Origin: Hydrolagus colliei
Taxonomy: Eukaryota
Length of the DNA: 64,000 nt
Direction: 5' to 3'
Assembly: GCA_035084275.1 (NCBI GenBank)
Contig: CM068744.1
Location: 12,772,001-12,836,000 of the forward strand
The notes beneath the pieces were generated by a model. It did no database searches. It saw only the letters and a program-made list of their open reading frames with translations, and was not told where the DNA came from. The position numbers and the translations under genes are program-made. Every line of letters begins with the position of its first letter. The first letter of the stretch is position 1. Below are positions 12,873 through 24,387 of the stretch, piece by piece.

Positions 12873-13100
12873 CTAATAATAATCTTTGCATTTGATATAG
12901 CGTTTTTCACGTCTTCTGGATGTCTCAAAGCGCTTCACAGAATGTAAAGTGAATTGACTGTATATTTGTGGGTGAAATGCGACAGCCAATTGCACACAGC
13001 AGTGTCCCACAAACAGTTGTGGATTGAAATGACCAATTTATTATTGTTGTTTCTTTTAGGGATTATAATCAGGCGTGTGGAGTAAGGAAACATGCCCAAG
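12873..13100 (-). mobile_element. 5'-truncated tRNA-SINE
   Basis: Tail and central domain only; similar partial copies at about 1200-1630, 32060-32180, 44345-44570 and 61366-61568. Confidence 0.8.
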
Positions 13101-13347
13101 GTTACTTCCAATCATCAGAAGATATTCTCATTTGCAACTCAAAGACCTCATCAACAAATCCATTTGATGACATTTTATCCTTGTGAGTATTTTTTTGTGA
13201 CCTTTCAATTCAGCAAGGGCACTTCCACATTGTTTGTCCTCAAGGTGAGAAAACAACGTATATGCTCTATCGGTTTTTGTTGAGAGTGACTGCAGTGTTT
13301 AAAGGTACAAAACGTAAAATTTAACTTCAATATTTCAAAATAATTAC

Positions 13348-13532
13348 CTCAAAAAATGCTCCCCATTTAATCATTGCATCGGGGATGAATGTATGACAGT
13401 CAGCTGTACCATAACAGAAATCATCAACATGCTCTTCAGGTGACAGGATCTCGATTTCAAACAGCCAATACTCGAAGAAGCCGGCATCAACAGCTCCCAG
13501 AAAGGGTATTGTAGATAGATAGTAATTCATAC
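13348..13532 (-). CDS. LEG1: LEG1 coding exon 3
   Basis: Acceptor ggttatag|, reads (C)MNYYLSTIPFLGAVDAGFF...DFCYGTADC...KWGAFFE, donor |gtaatt. 185 nt, phase 1 to 0. Confidence 0.95.
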
Positions 13533-13596
13533 CTATAACCACAAATTATACCAAGGTATATAAAAGGTGTTAGATTAAATCAACTATGTTGATGAT

Positions 13597-13698
13597 CCAA
13601 AAAGAGAAGTTGCTGGGGAAACTCAGCAGGTCAGGCAGCATCCATGGAGAAAGGAAAAAGAGTCAATGTTTCGGGTCTACAACCCTTCATCAGAACAG
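13597..13698 (-). mobile_element. Penelope-type terminal-repeat fragment with hammerhead-like motif
   Basis: Minus strand: GTTCTGATGAAGGGTTGTAGACCCGAAACATTGAC...TCCATGGATGCTGCCTGACCTGCTGAGTTTCCCCAGCA; homologous to 880-1022. Confidence 0.75.
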
Positions 13699-14219
13699 TT
13701 CTGCACACTATTCATGCTGTGCACTATTCATGCGATTCCATTTCATGTTGGGGCCAAGGCTAAATATACCCTGTACACGATCCTCACAACAAGTGTGTGT
13801 GATATCTGCTGATGGCCACTCGATGCTGCTTGTGATTCTTGATTACACTCAGTATAACTGCAGTTTAACATCTCAGCTAATGCATGGTATCTTCACTGGT
13901 TCTCTCGCATACACAATTGGGGGAGAGTAAATATTTTGTATGACTCAAAGTGCTTAAGTACCAATGGAAACTACAATCATATGATCCAGTGCCAGATTTT
14001 TAAATCATATCGAAAGTGGTCTTCCAAAAAAATTCAAATTTGCAATATCATTGTTAATTCCATATCCAAGTGACTCTCTATTTCATATACAAATAAATAT
14101 GTCAATGTATTTCTGATAAACATTTCAGATGGTTTGAACTAAATATATCTACATGTTTATATAAACCATATACAGTACATATCACTCCATTATTTCAGAA
14201 AGGAGGGAGGGAGGGAGGG

Positions 14220-15150
14220 AGAAACCAGAGAACTAGACCCGTTAGTTAACCTCATTTGTGGGGAAGTTACTGGAATCTCCCATCAGGAACAGAGTGACTG
14301 AGCACTTGGACAACTGTGAGCTATGGATTTGTGAAGGGTATGTAATATCTGACAAATCTAATCGAATTTTTTGAGGAGGTCACAAACATGATGGATGTCT
14401 ATGGATGTCGTCTACATGGACTTTCAGAGCCATTTGATAAGGTTCTGCATGAGAGGTCGTCAGTGAAACTAAAAGTGCATAACTTGGATGAAGGAATAGA
14501 GGCACAGTAAATTGTGTATTGCGAGCAGGAAGTTACAAAGGGACTTAGACAGATGAAGTGAGTGGGAAATATTGTGGCAGATGGAGTTAAATGTGGGAAG
14601 TGTGAGGTTCCCACTATGGATCCAAAAATAACAAAACGGTATATTTTCTAAATGGTGAAAAACTAACAAATGTGGAAGAGAAAAGGGATGTTGGTGTCCA
14701 TGTAAACAAATGACTAAAAACAAGCTCATAGATACAAAGTGTTATCAAAAATGCTAATGGGATTTGGTCTTTATTTTGAGGGGGCTGAAATATAATGGAG
14801 AGGAAATTATACTTCAATTGAATGGAGTCTTGTCAGACCCAAAATGGAGTGAAGTAATAAGGATATATTGGCTCCAAAGGGGTGCAGTGCAGAATTACCA
14901 GAATTATACCAGGGCTAAAACAGCTAAATGATGAGGACAAGCTACATAAGATTGGTCTATATTCTCTTGAGTTTGTAAGGCTGATGGGTGATCTCATTGA
15001 GTTTTTTAAAAAAATAATAAAATAATTTGATGTGGTAGATACAGAGAAACGATTTCCTCTGGTGGGGGAATACAAATCAAGGGGGCATAATCTTAAAATG
15101 AGTGCTCTGCCATTTAGGAGTGAAATTAGGAGGCATTTTTTCACCCAAAT
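14220..15150 (+). mobile_element. Degenerate CR1-clade LINE RT / 3' region
   Basis: Remnants such as gatgtcgtctacatggactttcagagccatttgataaggtt (DVVYMDF..FDKV) and the 3' GDLIE..K / RGHNLK motifs, with many indels. Confidence 0.8.
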
Positions 15151-15316
15151 GCCTTGAACATTAAAATTACAGAACTTCTCCAATGGAAAACTACAGGTAA
15201 GAATTGATTAGGGTTGGTATAAATTACAATGCAGCAATCAAAATAACGGAAGTAGCAACAGCAAAACATTTATTTTGATCACCCTTTTAAGGCATGTAAG
15301 AGATGTTATTACTTAC

Positions 15317-15403
15317 AAGACCACCAGCTTTTTGTAGAGATGCACAGTGGGTCACCAGATTGGTAGCCACAGGATGAAGAACCAGACAGATCTGCTAACC
15401 TAC
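15317..15403 (-). CDS. LEG1: LEG1 coding exon 2
   Basis: Not in the ORF track. Acceptor ttgtcattgtag|, reads (G)RLADLSGSSSCGYQSGDPLCISTKSWWS, donor |gtaagt. 87 nt, phase 1 to 1. Matches the LEG1 GRLAD..CG....CIS..SWW motif. Confidence 0.95.
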
Positions 15404-15997
15404 CTACAATGACAAGACAAATGCCGGAGGCACATAAGGAAGGAAAATACTTTTCAAAACCCTTCTACTTCCAAATCTTCTTTAATTATTCATTTTAACA
15501 AAATGGAATTTGAAACAGATCAGTAACTGTTGTAAAACGTTTGTCTGTCTGTATTTTGTGAATAAATACGGTGCATTTTTAATAAATAAATAAATAGTTA
15601 ATTCTCTTGCCGTCTTCTCCAAAACACCAATCTATGTCCTGTCTGTAAGAGAGAGCAATGTACTCCCACTTCTGTGTCACTGCAAGTGTAGCAGGTCAGT
15701 GACAACTGTCTGTGGTTTTACATTGGTGTTTTCTTCACATGAGAAAATCCTATCCCATTCTCCTGCTTGCTCTCAATGAAGTATATCTTAACAGTTTTCA
15801 TTTTCAAGAATCTATCCAATTTTCTTTTAAGAAAAGTCCATGGATCTGGCTAAACTGTGCTTTGTGGAAGAAAACACCACATTCTTCTCTGCTTCAGTGT
15901 GAAGATTTTTTTTCTAACCTCTCCATCAATTATTTGAGCAGTCCATGCTGAAAATGACTTAGCAGTATATCAATGAATACAGTACATTCATTCAAAC

Positions 15998-16310
15998 CTG
16001 TATCAAACTGCCAGCCGTGTTGTAGAGGAAGACCCCACAGTAGATTTCCAGTGTTATTTGGTCCTAAATTCTTCATGGACTCAGCTGTAACACTCAGTAA
16101 TACTTTATACATGCCCATTCTATCTAGATAATTCCAAGGATTGATTGATGTTTTGTTGTGATTGGTAACAAAGCCATTCAACGAATCTGAAATGTTATCC
16201 CATAACGGTGGATAATTTCCCACTACCACCAGTTTGTCTGAAAGAGAAGAATTTAACAAAAAAATAATTAATATGGAACATATTGTGCACACTGGATTAA
16301 GTTGTGCCAT
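15998..16310 (-). CDS. LEG1: LEG1 (liver-enriched gene 1, C6orf58) coding exon 1, with signal peptide
   Basis: MAQLNPVCTICSILIIFLL hydrophobic leader, then YPPLW, INPWNYLDRMGMYKVLL and NLLWGLPLQHGWQFDTG, which are LEG1 family motifs. Donor ACAG|gtttga; 313 nt, phase 1. Confidence 0.95.
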
Positions 16311-16329
16311 TTTTGATGACTGTAACTAA

Positions 16330-16380
16330 ATGTGCAATTCTTCTTTTATGTAGCTCTTAACTTCAATTTGCCCTTGACCT
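16330..16380 (-). promoter_or_regulatory. Candidate LEG1 proximal promoter
   Basis: On - strand: AGGTCAAGGGCA nuclear-receptor repeat (16369-16380), TATA-like CATAAAA (16344-16350) and C/EBP-like TTGCACAT just upstream of the ATG. Motif match only. Confidence 0.35.
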
Positions 16381-17619
16381 ATCACATGAGTAAAGTGTTT
16401 CACAACACATAAGTTACAATTCCCACTGGTGTTAATAAGTTCAACATTATTTGTGCGTCAGTTTCCGAACAGCAATCAAAACAATTGAAAAAAAATACAC
16501 ATATTAAGAACTTTTAGATTCTTGCCGAATGTCAGGTTAACAGCAACAATTGCTGCAACTCAGTTGTAACTCTATGGATTCAGCTATTTTGCCTTTATAC
16601 TATTCTGGACAGGGTGATTAACAGATAACTCAGTACTGTAATGAATCCCTTTGATTGTTCACTAACTTAAGGGTGCAATGCAGATCACATTGCAATATCT
16701 CAGTGAATAAGATAATGAAAGATGAGGGTCAAAAGAGGCAAATTAAACAATAATATAAAATAAGTGAGCAGGCATAGCAAACCAGAAATTCCAGCTGAGG
16801 AGGTTCCTTCAATTGCAGACAATATTAAAGAAATATATAGCTGAATGTACCCAGTGGGAGGGACATCCATCCCTCCTTTGCCCTCTTTATTCTCTTCTCT
16901 CTCACATACGATTTGTTCTAAACAAAAGAAAATGTTAATAACAACAGAAAACTATTTGACATTCTAAGTTATTAAAGTTTGGGGTCATTAAAGTCATAAT
17001 TGATGTTAACCTAACTTTATTTTTTTCAGCTGCTGATTGACTTAATGTACATGCCCAACACTTTCTGTTTTTGTTTCAGGTGTCAGCCTGGTTCAGTTGG
17101 TAGCACTCTTTCGTCGGGGTCAGAAGCCTTCAGATCCAAATCCTACATCAGGGACTTTCAGCTCATTTTCACTCCAGCAGAGTTTCCTGGACAATATTTC
17201 TCTCATTAAATTGATCATTTACTCACTGGCTGTTGGTGATACATTATTGTGAATGAATTGGCTGCTAGGTTGCAGAAAAACATGGTGTTTTAATGTAATA
17301 AGTTACAATATCAAATGAAAGAACTATTATTGCTTGTCATTATTTTATTTCAGATGTCCAGTATTGGCAGTCTTCCATTTAACTAAAATCCATTAAAATG
17401 TTGACGACATAACTTCAGGTAACAAAAGTCCATTACTTTTATCAGCTGGATAGGTAACAGGTGTGCTATTAATGGGTAACTTATGCGTGAAATATCAAAT
17501 GTACTCCAAGTTACAGCAGGTTAATAATTAAGCTATATGTGCTTTACTCATTTGCTTTCTATCTTTCATTGTTCAATAGCTGAAGGTAGCTAATTCTATT
17601 TTATTTCCATTTAGGCATA

Positions 17620-19407
17620 CAAGAAATCCTCTATTTACATTGCTCCTATTTACGTTATTTTGCTTTAACATCACCTGCGAATTAGGGGAACTTGATTCAG
17701 TGTAAAATACGTTCATTCACTTTAATGTTGTTTTGAAAGAATGCAAAATTTTAATGTACGCATATGAACTTGTGTACTGGCAGGGCAGTATACTAGTTCA
17801 TGTGCATACGTTAAAATATAAAATTAGGCGGTCACCTAGGTCGCCAAAATTTGGGGGATGGCGGCCCTGGTTACAGAGCACGTACGGTTTGTCGTGCGGT
17901 GAAAATTACTGCTGGCGTCTGCTGGCGTATAGTGGCGGAGGCGTGGGAGTTAGCAATAAGTTGACCCGAGAATGCTTTGTACTTAAATAAAGCAGAAGTA
18001 CAGGTATACCCCGATTTACGACATCTCTATTTACATGATTTTGAGTTAACAAACGTAATTTTTTAAACATCTTTTTATCAATGTTCAATATTTAGTTTAG
18101 TTTTAACGAAAAAAATTGCACATTTTTTTGCGCATGCCTAGTATATAGTGGTATTTCGCGGTAAATACACAATACACATACTGTATCCAAACTGTTGAAC
18201 TGGCCAATAGCATGTTGCTATGTCATTGTTTAAAAGCCACCTTCTTTTTAAGTGACACCACGCTTGGTCAGTATTATTTCCAAAGTATCCCCAGCAATTT
18301 CGAGCGATTTACAGCCTCTACCTGCGTTTCTACAATGTCAGAAAAGAGACCAGTAAGTGAAATGAGCAGCAGTAATACCGCTACTGGTAAGAGACCCCGC
18401 AAAAGTCATCACAGTCATCACAATTACCCCAAGTACCCCTTCTTGCCTGTGTTTTGTGTGATTTTAGTGGGTCTAAGCTCAGACAATTTTGTCAAAATAA
18501 TGCATCTCGAGTTATATAATGGGACCGCATGGGAAAACCCGTACCAATTTACAAACTTTAGATTTGCGTGACGATTTTCAGGAACGCAATCCTGTCGTAA
18601 ATCAGGGGATACTTGTATGTTTCATAAATAAATGTATAACTATTACCATTATTACCTTCATTGATAATTAATTATATGAATTTTTGGTATTAACATTAGC
18701 TTATCAAAAGTTACTAGGGAGCGCACATCTGAAGGCTCGCCTAGGGCGCCAAATACCCTGTGTACTGGTACTGCAGTTTGGGCAGTGAACGTGAAGACGC
18801 AATAGGACCCAGCAACCTCTGGAGCTCTTGAGTTTTGCTTCACTTTCACAGTCTAAGTAGCACCACCCCACACCAGGCCTCGTAATGCAATCTCTGGTGA
18901 GTATGGTACAGTACTCTGTATTCACTTATATTATTTAAACTTACAATACCATCTTGTTGGATATCTTTTTGGAGTTTTTTTTGGTACTTATTTAATATTT
19001 TTTCTGCAAATTTTGACCAAAAAATGACCCTAGGAACATATCCTAAATTTATATAACTAAGTCAATGGTAAAATGGGTTTCGATTTAAGTTGTTTCACCT
19101 AATGTCGCGTTCCACTGTGGAACTCCATCCCGCAATCCCTTCGCCTTACTTCCTCTCTTTCCTCCTTCAAGGCCGGTCCCAAGACTTTCCTCTTCGATCA
19201 TGCCTTCTGCTCCCCTCCTAACTCCTCCACCTCTCCTACTCACCTTCCCCTACCCCCTACCCCAACCCCTCCCACCCGTGCGTGGCTCCCGACCTGACTG
19301 TTCAGCGCTTTGGGACGTCCTCCTGACATGAAAGGCGCTCTATAAATGTAATTTTGTTGTTGTTGTCTTCCATGGACGCATCCCCAATGTAAATAGAGGA
19401 CATCCTG
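17620..19407. mobile_element. Tc1/mariner-pogo (Tigger-like) non-autonomous element, outer
   Basis: TA|CAAGAAATCCTCTATTTACATTG ... CAATGTAAATAGAGGACATCCTG|TA terminal inverted repeats; contains a nested Tigger-like element and an L2 tail (about 19112-19365). Confidence 0.8.
18001..18615 (+). mobile_element. Nested Tigger-like internal-deletion derivative
   Basis: TA|CAGGTATACCCCGATTTACGACA ... TGTCGTAAATCAGGGGATACTTG|TA (20/23 match); retains a transposase-like start MSEKRP...GKRPRKS. Confidence 0.85.
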
Positions 19408-19499
19408 TAATTTGCATCTGTCTTCATAAAAGAAAATGCTGCCAGTGCCACAGTATTGGAGGAGAGGGTAGAGTAATTGGTATAAACAGAGGGGAAGTA

Positions 19500-20015
19500 C
19501 AGGTATTCCTCGCTTAGCGTCATAGCTTGGTTCTGGAAAAGTGCGATTTTAAGCGAAGCGACGTTAAACAAACACATCTTCCCAAAAATAATTAATGTAT
19601 AAACTGGAGTTAGGTTTTTTTGGATATTTTTCTTCAAAATTTTCCAAAAAAGTACATTATACTCGCTCCCTGACTGCCTAACCAGCTCTTTCACTCGCTG
19701 CCGGTCTCACTCATTGCCGGTCTCACTCGTTGCCGGTCTCACTCGCTGTCGGCTGGCTGGACTCACTTGTTTTAGCTGGCTGGTTTCACTCGCTGCCAAC
19801 CTGCCTTGCTCTCTCGTTGATCCCCTTGGTTCACTCCCAGCCTGCCTGTCACTCTCTTGATAGGCAGGCCCTGGCGTTGTTGGGCCCCTTTCTACCCATT
19901 GGCGAATGACGTAATGGCGAACGTCGCGACGTTAATTGGATATATTATCCCTAAGTATCAGCAAAGTAATAACGAAACAACACTGCCCAAAGCAATGTTA
20001 AGCGGAGTCTACCTG
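19500..20015. mobile_element. Tigger-like MITE with internal 16-bp tandem repeat
   Basis: TA|CAGGTATTCCTCGCTTA ... TAAGCGGAGTCTACCTG|TA; (ctcactcgctgccggt)n at about 19690-19755. Confidence 0.75.
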
Positions 20016-20299
20016 TATTTCAATTATTTGAGTTACTCCAATCAATTCTTCGAGTTCTTCAAGGTCAACATAAGCTGTAGAATTCAGTACTGATTGTTAA
20101 ATAATAAACAAAAAACTTGTATTTACAGTGCTATAGCGTTTCAATGGTTAGCAATAAGCTAAATTATTTACCTCTCATTCAGAAAAAAATTATGGATTCA
20201 GACCACTATTATACCACGGGGCTTACAAGATGTTTGTAACATTCTTGGCATGGAATTAGGCTTTGTTATTATTCAAGCATATTTTCTCAGTGTCCTGTG

Positions 20300-20560
20300 C
20301 AACTCCATCGCCATGCCCCACTCTACCTCTGCGACTTCCTAACCACTTACCAACCTGTCAGCTCCCTCCACTCAGCGTGCCTCGGACTGCTCCATGTCTC
20401 CTGACCATCCGCCCCACCATCGCCACGTAAGTCTTCACCCATTCTACCCCCAACTTCTTGAATTCCAATCCCCAATCCCTCCAACTAATCGCTCCAACTA
20501 ATCCCTCCAACTAGCCTCCTTCAAGTCCCTCTTCAAGACTCTCCTGTTCAATGGTGCCAT
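20300..20560 (+). mobile_element. Degenerate L2 3' fragment
   Basis: cctccttcaagtccctcttcaagactctcctgttc resembles the other L2 ends. Confidence 0.6.
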
Positions 20561-23500
20561 TGGTCAACAGGGGCTACACCACAAACTGGTTTGAGTGAAG
20601 TTGAGCGTGATAATTTGGCACCAGCCCTTAGGGATAATTGAGCACAAATATAAAGCTGGGGCTTGATAGTGTGACAGGAAAGTGAAGATGAGTTTATAGA
20701 GGTAAAGTTTGGTTGTAACCTAAACCATTCATGATTGATTGATTGACTGACTGACCATTCTGTTTTAAAACTATTGTGCAAGTTTTGTTATTTAGAGTGT
20801 GACCCATATCCTCCTATAAACAGCCATGAGAACTTGCAATCCAGATGATTTTTTATTTGAGTTCTTTAAGAAACTTATTGGATTTCTTAAGCTATTGGAT
20901 TTGCAAGATGAAAGAGTAGGTTTTTTGGTAAGTGAAAGATCCATCTGTCTACCCGCCCGCCCGCTCGTCCATCCATCTGTCTGCATTTATATATAAATAA
21001 TATTAAAGGGCACAGGCAAAGAACAGGGGAAGGGAATCATAGTACAGTAGATAGCTCTGGTAGTGTAACAAACACAAGCACAGATCCCTGAACTTAAAAG
21101 TGCTGTCACCCTCATTCTAAGATAACGATTATTGATCTGGCCTACTAATGCCATATTAGATAGACTGCATTATAACAGATTTCCAGCTGCCGACTATACT
21201 TACATTATTTATTAATTATGCTGGAGGATGCATGGAATGCTCAGCTTGATTTGTATACATGCTGATGTGTCAGACATCCAGCTGACCAAAAATAAAAGTA
21301 ACTTTCTAAGGTCACTTGTTTGCAGGAAGGTCTTGGTGGGATTCCCATATATAGTTTGTCTCCTGATGCATAAAACATAATAGTTTTAAGAGCAAGAAAA
21401 GTGTATTTGACATAATATGCTTGTGATATTTGATAGATCAACCCCACTGACATATATTTTTAACATATCCTCTACATTATATTTACACCATACTGTCCAA
21501 AGCTAAGCTGTTTCACTTGTGACATTTTAGAGATGTGTGGGAAATATGCACAGGGCAACGGATTTTGATTTTAAAAAATGTTATTAAAGATCCATTTGTG
21601 AGACCATATAACATTAACAAATGCTAATTATTAACATTTGCAAATTGAAGCATGGAATCTGGGAAACTAAGATAAACCAATTTGGCAAGCTAGCCAATGA
21701 TTCTATTTGTCTTAGTTAGGCAGGTAAGCTAAATTATTTTGGCTAAACAAGCAAATTGTGAATAACATTAGAAAATGCAAATTGTCTTGCTACTGTAGTT
21801 ACCAGCAGAAGGTGTGGGGAGGGAGAAGGAGGAGATGATTTCAAAAGCATGGGTCTAGATGCCTGAAAGCGTTTTTACACTGTAGATTTGGAAGTGAATT
21901 ACAGTCAAAATCATGGCAAACTGCCCAGTAGTATGCAGTATGAATGCAGCATATGAATATCTATTTGAAGCCTTATACATCTTTTGCATCTCTTGCTTAG
22001 ACCTAGAACGGTAATAATACTCTCCTACTTTTGCTGAGGTTTTTGCTATGCCTCCAGTTAATCACTCGGCTAATGAAAGAACATTATCTTTATGTACTGA
22101 TGGTCTTAATTAGCAAGCATACACATTTTTAAACAACCGATTCCACTCTATGTATTAAGATGGTGGGGGGGGACATAATGTGATAATTATTACATCATAT
22201 TATCACATTACTTTGTCCCTGCCACCCAATCTCATTGTACCCAGTATATTTTAAGCAGGACTTTTAGGGGGTAATTTAGGCTACTCAAGCAAATACTAGT
22301 TTGTATCATTCTACTTGAGGATTTCTGGATGTTCTCATTAGCCAGTTGAGCTTTTTATTGCTTGGTTATTTCTCATTTCCTTGTTCATTGTGCTATATTA
22401 TGCTATAAAAATGGCTTTCAGTAATACATAACTATGAATCTGATCACAATTCCAAGGAATGTTCCATGTGTCCTCATGTGCCACTGTTCCTTCTCTTTAG
22501 TCCTTTGACAATAATTGTCGTCTGCAAATGGCTTTTGTTAAAAGCTATCAGCATCTTATTCTAAATGTGCGGGTGAAACTTCATGAGCATGTATGGTACA
22601 TTACTCTGTACAAAATAGTCTCTGTGTTTGCCTACGAAATACTGTCACTACTGTCAGTACACATTATATTGTTTTTATTTAGCCAGATATCTGGCATACA
22701 GTATATGGAAACCCATCACCATGCTTAAAAGTATCTAAAGCAAACTGAATTTTCCATGCATCCCACCTATACATGGAATTTCCCGAGATATTCATTGGAA
22801 TGGAATGCACACTCTCTCCCTGGAAGGACACATCCAGCTTATCTGATTCCGTAAAGTATTAGGTAAGAGCCAATGTTTGGAGACGCCAGAGGGTGAGTTG
22901 GTGTACTGCTGGATTCTAGTTTTGCTTATGATAGTGAAACCCACGTAGCTTGCCATTGAAAGCACTGTCAGGTAAGATTTCCCACTTGCTTTTCTCCCCG
23001 ACGAGGAGGATAGTCACTAATTGGGCATTTGACATCTGATGAGCTTTAAGCCCTCACTAGATGGATAGCAGGTTCCAGGAACTCCCTGCGAGCTTCCTGA
23101 TGGGCAACAAAGCTCAGCATGAAATGCATGAGATCATTGCCATCTTCCTGGCATTAAAGGCGCTACAGTACATGCAGGGATTATTATTTTTAATAATACA
23201 CTAAAATATACATACACTGAAAGAAAAAACAAGCTGTACAGGAGATAATTTGGCTCAATTGCCACTTTTTTCTTTTACAAATTGCTCTTTTTATTAATCA
23301 TTATTTTCCTTACTCTCTGTGCTTCTCTGTTTATCCAGTTCCCTTTTGAATGATTCTATTGTGCCAGTCTCAATAACCACATGTTAATAAATTCTCACAA
23401 CCCACAACTAACAGAAATATTGAATCATTTATCTTGCAGGCTCCATCAGATTTTTAAACAGATCTTACAGAGGTATATTAGACATTCTTTTAAATACGAT

Positions 23501-24149
23501 CGAGGAAATAAACGCAAAACAATACTTTCGAGACAGCAGCACAACAGGGCAGAGTTTTAGATTGTAAAGATTAAGTTTAAGTCTGATACCAAGAAATATA
23601 TTTTTTACTAAGAGTTAAATTAACAGCTCGAACGGGTTTCCAAGGAAGGCTGAATGCCTGTCAGTTTTTTTAAGAGCCAAATCAGCTTGATTCTGTCACG
23701 AGAGAACGCTGGGGTTGCTGTCCTTGCAAAGATGAGACACAATAGGCCTAAGGGCCTTCGTCGGTACCTCTCTTATGATCTGGTGACCTCTATCTTATCA
23801 CCTCTCCATCTCATCTATTTCCAGTGAGAACACTCCCTTGTAACTCGCCTCCCTTCATTCTTATTCAGGCTTATCTTATTCAGGTAACTGTCTGATGATA
23901 CCAGGTATCATTCTCGGCATTTCTGTAACATCCTTTTTTGTTGTTAATCTAGGGACCAGAATTTGGGCATACATAAGTGATTCAAATGAAACGACTGAAC
24001 AGTTGACCCTGACCACACAATGCACCTGGGAAAGAGCAGGTCTTGCAAAAAATATATATATTTTTTTAATGCCTGGGGTTTCATTACAGTTCTCAAGACT
24101 TTTGTTGCCAGATTCCCAAGAGGGACCTGGAACAAGGCAGTAGCAGAGA

Positions 24150-24387
24150 GTGTGTGTGTGTGTGTCCTGGCCCAGAGTGTGTGCAGTGCAAGGCTCCGCC
24201 TGCCTGGAGCCAGCTGTCTGTCTGTCTGTCAGTGAGAGTCCACCCTCTCTGGTTGTCCCCGCAGCTGGAGTGTCAGTCAGTGCTGGAGCTCAGCAGGAGG
24301 GGGGGGGGGGGGGAGGGAGAAGCCAGGAGCAGAAGTGCCGACCTCTGGCCGTGACAACTCCTCCAACACAGCACCGACCGAAGCCGG
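24150..24387 (+). promoter_or_regulatory. Probable SOGA3 promoter / non-coding first exon
   Basis: Local GC-rich, TE-free island with GT/CT repeats and a G-run, ending in a strong donor CGG|gtgagt (GT at 24388). Start boundary is approximate. Confidence 0.55.

Noticed and set aside
23036-23140. CTGATGA as a possible hammerhead core
   Set aside because: No stem II followed by GAAA at suitable spacing; the same applies at about 44836 and 52794.
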